A stretch of 60,123 nt of DNA, filler included. It is 4 parts of 4 records of this genome, joined end to end, with 100 filler letters (N's around TTAATTAATTAA, not from the genome) between each part and the next. Parts side by side here need not be neighbours in the genome. Positions count along the whole stretch, not along the records: positions 35,441 to 51,183 come from SRR22947725_2963; 3 more parts are not named here. One strand, written 5' to 3'. Below are positions 39,590 to 51,183 of this stretch, in pieces. A model generated the notes under the pieces. That model had not been told where the DNA came from and did not search any database. It saw only the letters and a list, made by a program, of their open reading frames with translations. Within the stretch, counting starts at the first letter, position 1. Each line of letters begins with the position of its first letter. A program made the position numbers and the translations under genes.

Positions 39590-41250
39590 TTGAGTCACTC
39601 TCGATTCGCTCAATTGGCGTTATCAGCTCCGCAAACCTGGAGCTTGCTCCAGGCTTCACCGCACTCACGGGAGAAACTGGTGCGGGTAAGACCATGGTCC
39701 TAACAGCTCTCGGGCTCCTGCTTGGTGAGCGCGCCGACTCGACAAGTGTTCGAACGGGCGAAAAGCAACTCTTTGTTGAGGGTCGGATTCGCTCAGCGAA
39801 CGCAGATCTTCTTGGGCGCCTTGAGGAACTTGGTGCTGATGTCACAAGTGGCGAGGTCATAATCAATCGGTCGGTGAGTTCAGATGGCAGATCTCGTGCC
39901 GCGATTGGCGGTGCCTCGGTACCGATTTCGACTCTCAATGACATCTCAGAGGAGCTCGTCACTGTCCACGGACAGTCCGATCAGCTCCGACTGCGCTCGA
40001 GCTCCAGGCAGCGCGAGGCTCTGGATCAATTCGGATCCGATGAAATCTCAGGTGCTAAGAACGCCTATGCACAATTGTTTGGTCAATACCGCGAGCTTGA
40101 GCAGCGCCTAGAGCGGATGCGAGGTTCTAGCGAAGCAGACGCCATAAGGATTCAAAGGCTAAGGGAGCAAATAGCCGACATCGAAAAGGTTAGTCCCGAG
40201 CCAGATGAGCTTGGACGCATCGATGAGCAGGTGAAACGTCTGAGCAATGTCGAGTCGCTGAGGATCTCCGCAGGTTCAGCCCACGATGCCCTCACCAGTG
40301 ATGAGGGATTGGATGCCAGCGGACTGCTTGGACAGGCCAGAAAGGCTCTTGAGTCCTCCGGGGATTCAAAGCTGCAAGAGCTTGCGGCGCAGGCATCTGA
40401 AGCAGCAGCCATTGCCTCAGATATTGCGAGCGAACTCACCTCATTCTTGGCGGAACTAGACGCTGACCCTGCCAGGCTTGAGCAGCTCATGGCAAGAAAA
40501 GCGGAGGTGATTGCGCTAGAGCGTCGCTACGGGAACTCGTCCGAGGAGCTGGTTGCGATGCTGCCTGCCCTTCACGCAGAACTGTTAGACCTTGACTCTT
40601 CTGATGAGCAGCTCGAAAAGCTAGAGATGCAGTTTGAGGCTACGTCTTCGCAATTGTCATTTTCAGCTGGGCAGCTAACCCAGCTGCGGAAGCAAGCCGG
40701 GGAACAGCTTGGGGTGAGGGTAACCGAGGAGCTTTCCGCCCTTGCTATGGGTGGTGCTGGGTTAGAGGTGAGAATCAGCCCGCTGGCAGACTTTGAGGCT
40801 TCGGGCATGGATCGGGTCGAATTTTTGCTAGCGGCCCACCCTGGCGCTGAGCCAAGAGCCTTGGGTAAGGGAGCATCCGGGGGAGAGCTTTCGAGGATCA
40901 TGCTGGCGATCGAGCTGGTCTTGTCGAGCAATCAGGTGCTGCCGACGATGGTCTTTGATGAGGTGGATGCGGGTGTCGGCGGTGCTGCCGCGATTGAGCT
41001 TGGTAAGCGGCTAGCGAAGTTGGCCGAGTCAACGCAGGTGATTGTTGTGACTCACCTTCCTCAGGTTGCAGCCTTTGCTGACCACCAGATCCGGGTCGCA
41101 AAAGACGTCTCTGGCGAAATCACGGAGTCCAGTGTGAGTCTGCTATCTCGCCAAGAGCGGGAGGCAGAGCTTGCAAGGATGCTCTCGGGAAACTCAACCA
41201 GCGAGCTTGCGCTCGAGCACGCCAGAGAATTGCTCGATTTCCAAAAATAA
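39586..41250 (+). CDS. recN: DNA repair protein RecN
   Basis: TGETGAGKT, VHGQ, ASGGELSRIMLA, FDEVDAGVGG, VTHLPQVAA. Confidence 0.97.
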   Translation: MIESLSIRSIGVISSANLELAPGFTALTGETGAGKTMVLTALGLLLGERADSTSVRTGEKQLFVEGRIRSANADLLGRLEELGADVTSGEVIINRSVSSDGRSRAAIGGASVPISTLNDISEELVTVHGQSDQLRLRSSSRQREALDQFGSDEISGAKNAYAQLFGQYRELEQRLERMRGSSEADAIRIQRLREQIADIEKVSPEPDELGRIDEQVKRLSNVESLRISAGSAHDALTSDEGLDASGLLGQARKALESSGDSKLQELAAQASEAAAIASDIASELTSFLAELDADPARLEQLMARKAEVIALERRYGNSSEELVAMLPALHAELLDLDSSDEQLEKLEMQFEATSSQLSFSAGQLTQLRKQAGEQLGVRVTEELSALAMGGAGLEVRISPLADFEASGMDRVEFLLAAHPGAEPRALGKGASGGELSRIMLAIELVLSSNQVLPTMVFDEVDAGVGGAAAIELGKRLAKLAESTQVIVVTHLPQVAAFADHQIRVAKDVSGEITESSVSLLSRQEREAELARMLSGNSTSELALEHARELLDFQK

Positions 41251-41300
41251 AATCATGTCTAGTTCCGCTTGCACCTAAGCGAGTGATAGATTGAAGTTCC

Positions 41301-42965
41301 ATGGCGGTTAGCTCTGGGAACGTAAGACATGTGTTTGTCACCGGAGGCGTCGCCTCCTCATTAGGCAAGGGCCTCACCGCCGCCTCACTCGGGAATCTTC
41401 TCAGAGCCAGAGGGCTCTCAGTGGTCATGCAGAAGCTTGACCCCTACCTAAACGTTGATCCCGGGACCATGAACCCCTTCCAGCACGGTGAAGTGTTTGT
41501 TACTGACGATGGTGCTGAGACTGACCTGGATATTGGTCACTACGAGCGTTTTCTGGATATCAATCTCAACTCCGCAGCGAATGTAACTACCGGTCAGGCC
41601 TACTCAACGGTTATTGCCAAGGAGCGCAGCGGCGAGTACCTCGGTGACACGGTTCAGGTGATTCCGCATATCACTGATGAGCTAAAGCGGAGAATGCGCT
41701 TGCAGGCCGAGATGGAACCAAAGCCGGATGTGATCATCACCGAGATTGGTGGAACAGTCGGTGATATCGAGTCGCAGCCATTTATGGAGGCCGCTCGTCA
41801 GGTTCGACAGGATGTTGGCAGAGACAATGTCTTCTTCGTTCATGTCACCCTAGTTCCCTACCTCAACCCCTCTGGAGAGCTGAAGACCAAGCCGACCCAG
41901 CACTCGGTTGCCATGTTGCGCTCACTGGGTATTCAGCCAGATGCCATCGTCTGCCGCTCAGATAGAGAGCTGCCGGATGGAATCAAGAACAAGATTTCGC
42001 AGATGTGTGACGTTGACAGGGAAGCTGTTGTGACCGCAGCCGACGCCTCGTCGATCTATGACATTCCAAAGGTTCTCCACTCAGAGGGACTCGACACCTA
42101 CATCATCAAGGCGCTAAATCTAAAGGCCAAGGATGTTGACTGGAGCGGCTGGCAGCCGGTTTTGAAGGCAGTCCATGAACCCAAGCACGAGGTCAATGTG
42201 GGGTTGGTTGGTAAATACATCGACCTACCAGATGCCTACCTGTCCGTGACAGAGGCCCTGAGGGCCGGGGGCTTCGCCAACTCCACCAGGGTCAATATTC
42301 ACTGGATCAAATCCGATGACTGCGAGAGTGCGGCAGGAGCCAAAGAGAACCTCGCGGAGCTAGATGCCATATGCGTTCCCGGAGGGTTTGGCATTCGCGG
42401 AATCGAAGGCAAGCTCGGTGCTTTGAAGTTTGCAAGAGAGAATCAAATACCAACTCTTGGCCTTTGCCTTGGTCTTCAGTGCATGGTGATTGAGTACTCG
42501 CGAAACGTTGTAGGCATCGAAGGGGCAACCTCAAGCGAGTTTGAGCCCGAGGCTAAGAACCACGTGATTGCGACCATGGCGGAGCAGGTAGAGCTACTAG
42601 ACAACTCCGAAATGGGTGGCACGATGCGCCTTGGCCTCTACGAGGCAAAGCTCACCAAGGGTTCCCTTGTGCAGAAGCTCTACGGTTCAGACTCCGCCTC
42701 AGAGAGACACCGCCACCGCTACGAAGTCAACAATGCCTTCCGCGACGAGATAGCAAGTGCCGGCATGGTCTTCTCCGGAACCTCACCAGATGGCAATCTT
42801 GTTGAGTATGTGGAGCTTCCCAAGGAGGTTCACCCCTTCTACCTAGCCACTCAGGCTCACCCGGAGTTCAAGTCTCGCCCCACCAGGGCTAACCCACTAT
42901 TTGATGGACTAATAAAGGCCGCTTTGGAAAGACAGAAGTCGCAGCGGCTATTTGACGAAAGCTAG
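41301..42965 (+). CDS. pyrG: CTP synthase
   Basis: [43 protein letters not shown]. Confidence 0.98.
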   Translation: MAVSSGNVRHVFVTGGVASSLGKGLTAASLGNLLRARGLSVVMQKLDPYLNVDPGTMNPFQHGEVFVTDDGAETDLDIGHYERFLDINLNSAANVTTGQAYSTVIAKERSGEYLGDTVQVIPHITDELKRRMRLQAEMEPKPDVIITEIGGTVGDIESQPFMEAARQVRQDVGRDNVFFVHVTLVPYLNPSGELKTKPTQHSVAMLRSLGIQPDAIVCRSDRELPDGIKNKISQMCDVDREAVVTAADASSIYDIPKVLHSEGLDTYIIKALNLKAKDVDWSGWQPVLKAVHEPKHEVNVGLVGKYIDLPDAYLSVTEALRAGGFANSTRVNIHWIKSDDCESAAGAKENLAELDAICVPGGFGIRGIEGKLGALKFARENQIPTLGLCLGLQCMVIEYSRNVVGIEGATSSEFEPEAKNHVIATMAEQVELLDNSEMGGTMRLGLYEAKLTKGSLVQKLYGSDSASERHRHRYEVNNAFRDEIASAGMVFSGTSPDGNLVEYVELPKEVHPFYLATQAHPEFKSRPTRANPLFDGLIKAALERQKSQRLFDES

Positions 42966-42970
42966 CTACA

Positions 42971-43867
42971 GTGACGCCGCTTGATCGCTATCTGCGGCAC
43001 CTGACCGTCGAGCGCGGGCTTTCAAAAAATACCCTTGCTGCCTATAAAGCAGACCTCACTAAATATGCAGTTTTTCTGGAGCAATCAAGCGCAGATGCGC
43101 TCACTGCCTCGCACCTCGAACTGGAGGAGTTTTCCAGTCAGCTCACCTCAGCAGGGCTAAAGGCATCAAGTCGTGCGAGGATTCTGGCTGCGGTAAGGGG
43201 CTTTCACAAATTCTTAGCCCTTGAGGGGATTAGAAGTGATGATCCCACCTCAAGGCTCAGGCCACCGAAGCTTCCCAGCCGACTACCCAAAGCGCTTTCG
43301 CAGGAGCAGGTTGTCAGGCTCCTAGAGGCATCAGGGCCTGAACCCGATGACGAAGCAGCTGACAAAATCCGGCTTAGAGATCGGGCAATTGTCGAGCTGA
43401 TGTACTCGAGTGGGGCCAGAGTCAGCGAGGTTGTGGCACTGGATCTGGACGAGGTCACAGACGATGGGCTCATCAGAGTCAGGGGCAAGGGCTCTAAGGA
43501 GCGCATCGTTCCGGTGGGGTCCTTTGCGGCCAAGAGCCTGGATGCCTACCTGGTCAGAACCAGACCTGAGCTTGCAAAGCTAAGAGGAGAGCGGGCTTTG
43601 TTTCTAAATAAGCAAGGTGGGCGGCTCTCGAGGCAAAGTATCTGGGACATTATTCAAAGGGCAGGTGTTGCGGCAGAACTTGAGGTTTCGCCGCACACCC
43701 TGCGGCACTCGTTCGCAACCCATTTGATCGAAGGTGGAGCCGATGTCAGGGTGGTGCAAGAGCTATTAGGGCACGCATCGGTTGCCACAACGCAGATCTA
43801 CACGCTAATTACCGTCGACACGCTGCGAGAGGTGTATTCGCAGGCTCACCCCCGTGCACGGCGGTAG
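42971..43867 (+). CDS. xerD: Site-specific tyrosine recombinase XerD
   Basis: GARVSE, GKGSKER, HTLRHSFATH, LLGH, TTQIY; chromosomal context. Confidence 0.93.
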   Translation: MTPLDRYLRHLTVERGLSKNTLAAYKADLTKYAVFLEQSSADALTASHLELEEFSSQLTSAGLKASSRARILAAVRGFHKFLALEGIRSDDPTSRLRPPKLPSRLPKALSQEQVVRLLEASGPEPDDEAADKIRLRDRAIVELMYSSGARVSEVVALDLDEVTDDGLIRVRGKGSKERIVPVGSFAAKSLDAYLVRTRPELAKLRGERALFLNKQGGRLSRQSIWDIIQRAGVAAELEVSPHTLRHSFATHLIEGGADVRVVQELLGHASVATTQIYTLITVDTLREVYSQAHPRARR

Positions 43868-43895
43868 GCTAGAGCAATAAATATGGGAGGTCACG

Positions 43896-44720
43896 GTGGA
43901 TCTTTCTAAGAAGACATTTGCCACCCCGGCCAAGCTGAAGCAGCATGGCCCAGCACGCATCATTGCCATGTGCAACCAAAAAGGTGGCGTCGGCAAGACA
44001 ACAACGACCATCAACTTGGCCGCAGCCTTGGCCGAGTATGGCCGCAAGATACTCGTTGTGGACTTTGATCCGCAGGGAGCGCTCTCGGTAAACCTTGCAA
44101 GCGACTACCAAGAGGCTCCAACCATCTATGACCTCATGATGGACACCTCAATGCACCCCAAAGAGGCCATCCAGCAGACCAACATCGAAAACCTTGACAT
44201 CATCCCCGCGAACATTGACCTATCAGCGGCCGAGATGAACCTCGTCACCGAGATGGGCAGAGAGCGCGTCCTGGACGGAATTCTCAAGAAGGTCAAGGCC
44301 GATTACGACGTCATCTTCATCGACTGCCAGCCATCGCTGGGTCTTCTGACAGTGAACGCGCTAACCGCAGCTCACGGTGTTCTGATACCAATGGCGACCG
44401 AGTTCTTTGCCCTCAGGGGAGTGGCACTGCTGATCCAGACCATCGAAAAGGTGAAGGCAAGGACAAATCCAACGCTTGAACTCGATGGGCTTATTCCAAC
44501 CATGCACGACCAAAGGACTCTGCACTCCAGAGAGGTGCTCGAGCGGCTCCAGGAGGCTTTCCCCGGCAAGGTGTTCGACACCGCAATTAGCCGCACGGTG
44601 AAGTTCCCTGACGCTACGGTGGCAAAGAAGCCGATCACCCAGTTTGCTCCCTCCTCAGATGCTGCCGAGGGTTACAGGCGCGTGGCGAGAGAGCTTGTAA
44701 AACGTGGCTGTGCAGCTTGA
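43896..44720 (+). CDS. ParA/Soj family ATPase
   Basis: NQKGGVGKTT, DFDPQG, DCQPSLG. Confidence 0.93.
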   Translation: MDLSKKTFATPAKLKQHGPARIIAMCNQKGGVGKTTTTINLAAALAEYGRKILVVDFDPQGALSVNLASDYQEAPTIYDLMMDTSMHPKEAIQQTNIENLDIIPANIDLSAAEMNLVTEMGRERVLDGILKKVKADYDVIFIDCQPSLGLLTVNALTAAHGVLIPMATEFFALRGVALLIQTIEKVKARTNPTLELDGLIPTMHDQRTLHSREVLERLQEAFPGKVFDTAISRTVKFPDATVAKKPITQFAPSSDAAEGYRRVARELVKRGCAA

Positions 44721-45507
44721 GTCCGAGGTCGACTTCCAGCTTCAGCTAGATAACTTCGAGGGACCCTTTGATCTTTTGCTGAACCTCATCGGTCGGCATG
44801 AAATGGAAATCACTCAGGTCGCTCTTGCCAAGGTCACCAATGAGTTTTTGAAGTATGTCAAAGGCCTCGATGCCAAAAAGGAAATCGACAGCGCCAGCGA
44901 GTTCTTAGTCGTGGCGGCAACGCTTCTAGACATGAAACTTGCAAGCCTTCTGCCTCAGGGAGAGGTTGTTGACTCGGAGGACGTTTCGCTTCTCGAGGCC
45001 AGAGACCTGCTTTTTGCAAGGCTGCTGCAGTACCGGGCGTTCAAGGAGGTTGCTTCCTGGTTCCACTCCGCACTTGATGCGGAGTCGGAGCGCTACCCGA
45101 GAACCGTGCGGCTCGAGGAGCCTTACCGCAACCTCAGGCCCGAACTTGAGTGGACAACGAGCATTCAGGAGCTGCACGATATTGCCAAGGCCGCTTTTGC
45201 TCCCAAACAGCTCCCCGAGGTTGGTATTTCTCACCTGCATGCCCCCAAGGTTTCAATCCGCGAGCAGGTTGGCATCATGGTGAAAAGGCTCAAGCAGGCA
45301 GGAAAAATGACATTCCGGCAGCTCATCGGAGATGTCTCGGACAGGGCAGAGTTTGTCGCTAGGTTCCTCGGCATCTTGGAGCTATATCGCATTGGGGCGG
45401 TGGGCCTAAAGCAGGAGGAAAGTTTTAGCGAAATAGATATTCAGTGGCAATCAAAGGATGTTGACCAAGATCAGCTGGCAAAATTAGGCGCTGACTATGA
45501 CAACTGA
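44704..45507 (+). CDS. scpA: Segregation and condensation protein A
   Basis: FEGPFDLLL, FLVVAATLL, RFLGILEL. Confidence 0.94.
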   Translation: MAVQLESEVDFQLQLDNFEGPFDLLLNLIGRHEMEITQVALAKVTNEFLKYVKGLDAKKEIDSASEFLVVAATLLDMKLASLLPQGEVVDSEDVSLLEARDLLFARLLQYRAFKEVASWFHSALDAESERYPRTVRLEEPYRNLRPELEWTTSIQELHDIAKAAFAPKQLPEVGISHLHAPKVSIREQVGIMVKRLKQAGKMTFRQLIGDVSDRAEFVARFLGILELYRIGAVGLKQEESFSEIDIQWQSKDVDQDQLAKLGADYDN

Positions 45508-46045
45508 CCTTTCCATGCGCGCAGCCCTAGAGGCTCTGCTAAGCGTTTCCGAGACACCGCTCAGCATCGTGACCCTTGCAGGAGCTCTAGAAGCTCCCAT
45601 CAATGAGGTGCGGAAGGAGATCGAGGCGCTTCAAGCCGACTACGACTCAGCGCACGAGGGTCAAGGCAGAGGGTTTGAGCTCCGTGAGGTCGGCGGTGGC
45701 TGGAGGCTTTATGTGAGGCAGACTCACGACTGGGGCGTGAGGCAACTGGTAGCAAACGAAAATCCAGCAAAGCTCTCTCAGGCTGCCCTCGAGACTCTCT
45801 CGGTTATCGCATATAGGCAGCCAATCTCCCGTGGACAGATCTCCTCCATTCGCGGGGTAAACGTAGATTCTGTTGTCAGAACCCTGATTTCTCGAGGACT
45901 GGTGGTGGAGCTATTCCAAGATCAGGATTCTGGGGCATCCATGTTTGGAACCACCGATTTGCTGCTCGAGCAGCTGGGTATTAATTCGCTCGAGGAGCTG
46001 CCTGCAATCAGCCCGCACCTACCAGACCAGGACAACATTGACTGA
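45497..46045 (+). CDS. scpB: Segregation and condensation protein B
   Basis: LSQAALETLSVIAYRQP, IRGVN, LEELP. Confidence 0.95.
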   Translation: MTTDLSMRAALEALLSVSETPLSIVTLAGALEAPINEVRKEIEALQADYDSAHEGQGRGFELREVGGGWRLYVRQTHDWGVRQLVANENPAKLSQAALETLSVIAYRQPISRGQISSIRGVNVDSVVRTLISRGLVVELFQDQDSGASMFGTTDLLLEQLGINSLEELPAISPHLPDQDNID

Positions 46046-46781
46046 GCCAATTCGGCTACAAAAAGCACTATCCGCAGCTGGGGTTTCATCTCGCCGCAAG
46101 GCAGAGGAGATGATGCTTCAGGGCAGGGTGAAGGTGAACGGCAAGGTCGTAAGAGAGCTTGGGACCAGGGTGGATCCGCAGATCGATTCAGTGATGGTGG
46201 ACGGTAGGCCCATCCAGCTAGACCCGGATCGAATCTACCTCGCATTCCACAAGCCCAAGGGCATAGTTTCCACCATGGAAGACGAATACGGCAGACCCTG
46301 CCTCGCAGACTTCTTCGTGCAGTACGACCGGGTCTTCAATGTCGGAAGGCTAGACCAGGACACCTCCGGGATTTTGCTCATGACAAACGATGGAGATTTG
46401 GCTAACCAGCTCGCCCACCCAAGCTATGAGGTGGAGAAGCTCTACTTCGCGAAGGTAAAGGGCAAGATTCAACGAACCGAACTCCAGAGGCTTCGCGACG
46501 GGGTCAAGCTGGAGGACGGTCTTCAGAAGGCCGACACCGTGAAGCTCATTGACCAAAACAATATTGAGTCTCTTGTTGAGCTAACACTGCACTCGGGTAA
46601 GAACAGGATTGTTCGCAGGATGTTTGAGGCAGTTGGCCACGAGGTAATTGAGCTGACGCGCAAGAGCTTTGGCCCGCTCAGGCTGGGTCCGATGAAGCCC
46701 GGACAGGTTAGGGAGCTGGGTAAGCTTGAGGTCAGCAGCCTGATGGAGGCGGCGGGTTCAGGCAAGACAAAGAGGCGCTAG
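46038..46781 (+). CDS. rluB: Pseudouridine synthase (RluB/RsuA family)
   Basis: S4 domain RLQKALS...SRRKAE, VGRLD, HPSY, NRIVRRM. Start set at TTG 46038. Confidence 0.92.
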   Translation: MTEPIRLQKALSAAGVSSRRKAEEMMLQGRVKVNGKVVRELGTRVDPQIDSVMVDGRPIQLDPDRIYLAFHKPKGIVSTMEDEYGRPCLADFFVQYDRVFNVGRLDQDTSGILLMTNDGDLANQLAHPSYEVEKLYFAKVKGKIQRTELQRLRDGVKLEDGLQKADTVKLIDQNNIESLVELTLHSGKNRIVRRMFEAVGHEVIELTRKSFGPLRLGPMKPGQVRELGKLEVSSLMEAAGSGKTKRR

Positions 46782-47143
46782 TGGCAGTAAGAGCAATTCG
46801 CGGAGCTATCCAGCTCGAAAGTGACGAGCGCGAGCACCTACTCAAGTCAACCGCTGAACTTGTCACCAAGGTGCTGCATGAGAATTCTCTGGATGCGGCC
46901 GACCTAATCTCAATTTGGTTCACCGCAACCCCCGATGTTGTCAGTGAGTTTCCCGCGCTAGCCGCTAGGGAGCTTGGACTTGGGGACGTTCCACTGATGT
47001 GCTCGGTGGAGATGGATGTCGCCGGGGCGATGCCGCGAGTGATTCGTCTCATGATGCACGTGGAGACCAAAAAGCAGCGCAGTGAAATTAGCCACATCTA
47101 CCTTCGCGGCGCTCAAGCGCTCAGGACCGATCTAGCGCAGTGA
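46781..47143 (+). CDS. aroH: Chorismate mutase, AroH class
   Basis: VRAIRGA, FTATPD...FPA, HIYLRGA..LR.DL. Confidence 0.94.
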   Translation: MAVRAIRGAIQLESDEREHLLKSTAELVTKVLHENSLDAADLISIWFTATPDVVSEFPALAARELGLGDVPLMCSVEMDVAGAMPRVIRLMMHVETKKQRSEISHIYLRGAQALRTDLAQ

Positions 47144-48207
47144 GCCAAGAGCGTATAAAGATAGTTGGGGCTGGCCTTATTGGCACATCCCTCGGTCTGG
47201 CGCTTACTAAACACGGCATCGATGTGGGGCTTGAGAACCGCTCAAAAGCCAACCTTCGACTCGCAATAGAGTACGGGGCAGGCAAGGAAGCTGAGGGTGA
47301 CTACGATCTGGTAATCGTCTGCGTCTCGCCAGAGATGACAGCGGAGGTTGTTGCCGGGCAACTGGCAAAGTATCCTCAGGCCCTGGTTACCGATGTTGCA
47401 AGCGTGAAGGCAGAGATTGCTCGTGAGGTTGCAAGAATCGCTCCAGAACACTCTCTTAGGTACCTAGGTTCTCACCCCATGGCAGGACGAGAAAAGGGTG
47501 GGCCAGGATCTGCGAGGGCGGACCTATTTTTTGCCAGACCGTGGGTGATAACCCCATCGGCAGATACCCCACCAGCATCGGTCGAGAGGCTAAAGAATCT
47601 TGCGATGCAGCTAAGTGCGCTACCCATTGTTATGAGTGCAGAGGAGCACGATCGAGCAGTGGCACTTGTTTCCCACCTGCCACAGCTGGTTTCATCGGCA
47701 CTTGCCGCAAGACTCCAGTCCGGAGATGAGCAGCAGCTCGGACTTGCGGGGCAGGGTCTTCGAGACGCATCCCGCATCGCATCTAGCGATCCTGATCTGT
47801 GGCTGCAGATTCTCTCCCAAAATGCCAATTTGGTTTCGCCACTGCTGGCCGAATTCAAAAAGGACATTGAGGAGCTGCTTCAAAGTCTTGAAAACCTAGA
47901 CTCACCAGGCTCACTTGCGAAGCTCCACAACCTCCTGGAGCGAGGCAACAGTGGAGTTGCAAGGATTCCCGGTAAGCACGGCGGCAAGTTTGTTGATTAC
48001 CAGCTACTAACAGTTGTAATCGATGACAGCCCAGGATCTCTTGCATCTCTATTGACCTTCATAGGCGAGGTTGGCGTGAACATCGAGGACCTCAAACTTG
48101 AGCACTCTCCGGGAGCTCAAATAGGTCTGGTAGAGATTCAGGTCCTACCAGAGGCGGCAGAGCGACTAAGCGAACAGCTCACCCAAAATGGTTGGCGACT
48201 GGTCTAA
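47140..48207 (+). CDS. tyrA: Prephenate dehydrogenase with C-terminal ACT domain
   Basis: GAGLIG, DVASVK, HPMAGRE, HD..VALVSHLP, ACT D.PG.L. Confidence 0.93.
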   Translation: MSQERIKIVGAGLIGTSLGLALTKHGIDVGLENRSKANLRLAIEYGAGKEAEGDYDLVIVCVSPEMTAEVVAGQLAKYPQALVTDVASVKAEIAREVARIAPEHSLRYLGSHPMAGREKGGPGSARADLFFARPWVITPSADTPPASVERLKNLAMQLSALPIVMSAEEHDRAVALVSHLPQLVSSALAARLQSGDEQQLGLAGQGLRDASRIASSDPDLWLQILSQNANLVSPLLAEFKKDIEELLQSLENLDSPGSLAKLHNLLERGNSGVARIPGKHGGKFVDYQLLTVVIDDSPGSLASLLTFIGEVGVNIEDLKLEHSPGAQIGLVEIQVLPEAAERLSEQLTQNGWRLV

Positions 48208-48839
48208 TGCCTCTAGTAGTAGCAATTGACGGACCTGCCGGCTCTGGCAAATCAAGCGTCTCCAAGGCGGTCGCGGAGCGTCTTGGCTTTGGCTATCTCG
48301 ATACCGGAGCTGGCTACCGGGCCTTCGCGCTGCACGCTATAAAAAATCCAGGCAGACCCTTAGAAGAACTTCTCAATTCTTTCGACTACGAGATCTCGCT
48401 AGATCCTCAGAAAGCCCAGGTGCTGCTCGGGGGAGTGGACGTAACCGGTGAGATAAGAACCCAGGAGGTTGCCTCCAGAGTCTCAGAGTTTGCGAGGGAG
48501 CCGAGGGTGCGCTCTCTTCAGCACCAGGACGCTAGGTCGCGAGTAGCACAATGCGGACTCGATGGCATAGTTTCCGAGGGCCGAGATCTAACCACCGTAG
48601 TTTTTGTTGATTCTGGTGTAAGAATCCTGCTCACAGCAAGTGAAGAGGTAAGGCTCCAAAGAAGAAGTGCAGAGAAGACAGAGAGCACGGAGAATCTAAA
48701 AGCCCGAGACGCCTCAGACTCGAAGGTCGTTGAGTTCATGGCTCCCGCTGAGGGAGTGAAGCTAATTGACACTTCCCACCTAAGCTTCGAGGAGAGTGTC
48801 GAGGCAGTAATTGCTGAAATTGAGAGGTCACGCGCATGA
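48207..48839 (+). CDS. cmk: Cytidylate kinase
   Basis: [22 protein letters not shown]. Confidence 0.95.
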   Translation: MPLVVAIDGPAGSGKSSVSKAVAERLGFGYLDTGAGYRAFALHAIKNPGRPLEELLNSFDYEISLDPQKAQVLLGGVDVTGEIRTQEVASRVSEFAREPRVRSLQHQDARSRVAQCGLDGIVSEGRDLTTVVFVDSGVRILLTASEEVRLQRRSAEKTESTENLKARDASDSKVVEFMAPAEGVKLIDTSHLSFEESVEAVIAEIERSRA

Positions 48840-50284
48840 GCGATGAGGAGCTCGAGGTTGCCAAGGCAAACCTGCTGCGCGATGAGCTGCAGTCCTACGA
48901 GCTCGAGGAAGACGACATTGAAATTCTCGAGACTGACCTCGATGACTACGGCTCTGAGACTTACCTCCCCGCCCCACCAGTATTAGCCGTTGTTGGAAGA
49001 CCAAACGTTGGAAAGTCCGCGCTGGTGAATAGAATTCTCGGCCGCCGAGAGGCCGTGGTTGAGGACAAGCCAGGCATCACCAGGGACAGGGTTACCTATC
49101 GGGCCGACTGGAACGGCAGGCAGATCTCGCTTGTGGACACCGGTGGCTGGGAAATTGGTGCCGAGGGCATTCACCTCTCAGTGGCCGAGCAGGCTGAGGT
49201 TGCCGTTGAGCTCGCCGATGCTGTGCTGTTTGTCGTGGACGCAATGGTTGGCCCGACCGCCTCTGACGAGCAGGTCGTGAAGATGCTTAGATCCTCGGGC
49301 AAGCCGGTGCTATTGGTTGCCAACAAGATTGATGACGCACACCTCGAACCAGAGGCGGCTTCGCTTTGGTCCTTAGGTCTTGGAGAGCCATACCCAGTCT
49401 CAGCGCTGCACGGTAGGGGAGTAGCGGACCTACTGGATGCAGCGATAAAGGTTCTTCCCCAGCAGTCCAAGATTGCACCCGATGAGTACATCGGGCCTCG
49501 AAGGGTTGCCCTTATTGGCAGGCCAAACGTTGGAAAGTCCTCGCTACTAAACAAGGCAACCGGGACCACTCGGGCAGTGGTCAACGAACTTGCCGGCACA
49601 ACTCGCGACCCGGTTGATGAGCAGGTCGAAATCTCGGGCAAGATCTGGAGGTTTGTTGACACTGCTGGTATTCGAAGGCGCATGCATCGTCAGCAGGGGG
49701 CTGACTTCTACGCCTCGCTTCGAACCGCAGCTGCTCTCGAGAGGGCAGAGGTGGCAGTGGTGCTATTCGATGTCACCGAACCCATTAGTGAGGCGGACAT
49801 TCGCATTGTTCAGCTCGCTTTAGATTCTGGTCGAGCTTTGGTTTTGGCATTCAACAAGTGGGACATGCTCGACGATGAGCGGCGCATCTACTTGGAGAAG
49901 GAGATTGAGTCTGAGTTGGCACACGTCGACTGGGCCCCAAGGGTTAATCTTTCAGCTCTCACTGGCCGGCACCTCGAGAAACTGGTACCTGCTTTGGAGG
50001 TAGCGCTTGAGAACTGGGACAAGCGAATCCCGACCGGAAAGATAAACGCCTTTATTCAAGAACTGCAGGCATCAAACCCCCACCCAATCAGGGGTGGCAA
50101 ACAGCCGAGGATTCTTTTCGGAACACAGGCGGCATCAAGGCCTCCAAAGTTTGTGCTTTTTGCCAGCGGTTTTCTGGAGGCCGGCTACCGCAGGTTCATT
50201 ATTCGCAAGCTTCGAGAGCTCTACGGCTTTGAGGGAACCCCAGTTGAAATTGGGGTGAGGGTCAGGGAGAAGAGGTCAAGGTGA
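48836..50284 (+). CDS. der: Ribosome biogenesis GTPase Der
   Basis: Two GRPNVGKS G-domains, DTGG/DTAG, NKID/NKWD. Confidence 0.97.
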   Translation: MSDEELEVAKANLLRDELQSYELEEDDIEILETDLDDYGSETYLPAPPVLAVVGRPNVGKSALVNRILGRREAVVEDKPGITRDRVTYRADWNGRQISLVDTGGWEIGAEGIHLSVAEQAEVAVELADAVLFVVDAMVGPTASDEQVVKMLRSSGKPVLLVANKIDDAHLEPEAASLWSLGLGEPYPVSALHGRGVADLLDAAIKVLPQQSKIAPDEYIGPRRVALIGRPNVGKSSLLNKATGTTRAVVNELAGTTRDPVDEQVEISGKIWRFVDTAGIRRRMHRQQGADFYASLRTAAALERAEVAVVLFDVTEPISEADIRIVQLALDSGRALVLAFNKWDMLDDERRIYLEKEIESELAHVDWAPRVNLSALTGRHLEKLVPALEVALENWDKRIPTGKINAFIQELQASNPHPIRGGKQPRILFGTQAASRPPKFVLFASGFLEAGYRRFIIRKLRELYGFEGTPVEIGVRVREKRSR

Positions 50285-51138
50285 TCGCCAATCTCCTACG
50301 CGGCTTCCTCATCGGAATAGCCGAGGTCATACCTGGGGTTTCCGGTGGAACCATTGCCCTCATCGTCGGCATCTATGAGCGAATCATTGGCTCTGCGGCC
50401 AGTGCGGTTGAAGCTCTTGTCTTTCTAGTTGGAGGAAGACCCCAAGAAGCAAAAGCCTCGGCAAAGCAAATTGACTGGCTTTTGGTTTTACCGGTTCTAA
50501 CCGGGATGCTGGTTGCAATCTTTGCTGCTGCTGCAGCAATCGAGCCGCTTCTTGAGAGCCAGCCGGAGAACATGCGAGGGCTCTTCGCAGGTCTAATTCT
50601 TGTGTCGCTGATAGTTCCTTATCGAATGGTTGGCGAACGCTGGCGAGCTGCTGACTACCTTGTGGGCTTGATGGCAGCAGCAATTTCTTTTGTTTTGGTG
50701 AGCCTTCCTCGGCAGGAGCTAACTGATCCAAGCTTGGCTCTGGTTTTCCTGGCGGCCGCGACCGCGGTTTGTGCACTTGTACTCCCGGGAGTCTCGGGCT
50801 CGTTTCTATTGCTTGCTCTTGGTTTCTATGCACCAACCATTGCTGCCGTGAATGACCTAGATCTGGGTTACCTGAGTGTTTTTGTGCTGGGAGCGATTGT
50901 CGGATTGGCACTATTTTCCACTGCACTCAGGTGGCTCTTGGTCAACCTTCGAAGAATAACCCTGGTAGTTATGACGGGTTTGATGCTTGGGTCCCTCAGG
51001 GCACTCTGGCCATGGCAGGACAACTTAGGACGACTAGGTAGTCCAGAAAGCCCAACTCCACTTGTTTTCTTTGCAGCCGGAGCACTGATTGTTGCGCTTC
51101 TTCTATGGGTTCAATCCAGAGCGAGTAAAGCCCAATAG
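50281..51138 (+). CDS. DUF368 family membrane protein (undecaprenyl-phosphate translocase family)
   Basis: Duplicated PGVSGG / PGVSGS re-entrant motifs, GLMLGSL..LWPW. Confidence 0.9.
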   Translation: MIANLLRGFLIGIAEVIPGVSGGTIALIVGIYERIIGSAASAVEALVFLVGGRPQEAKASAKQIDWLLVLPVLTGMLVAIFAAAAAIEPLLESQPENMRGLFAGLILVSLIVPYRMVGERWRAADYLVGLMAAAISFVLVSLPRQELTDPSLALVFLAAATAVCALVLPGVSGSFLLLALGFYAPTIAAVNDLDLGYLSVFVLGAIVGLALFSTALRWLLVNLRRITLVVMTGLMLGSLRALWPWQDNLGRLGSPESPTPLVFFAAGALIVALLLWVQSRASKAQ

Positions 51139-51153
51139 ACTTAGGACTTGAAG

Positions 51154-51183
51154 CGGGCTGTGGCGCAGCTTGGTAGCGCACTT
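51154..51183 (+). tRNA. tRNA-Pro, 5' fragment (anticodon not visible)
   Basis: CGGGCTGTGGCGCAGCTTGGTAGCGCACTT; identity from the 5' sequence and the usual position after der. Confidence 0.8.

Noticed and set aside
42971-44720. Tyrosine recombinase plus ParA as a possible integrative element
   Set aside because: This is the conserved chromosomal xerD-parA-scpAB block of Actinobacteria; no att sites or cargo.
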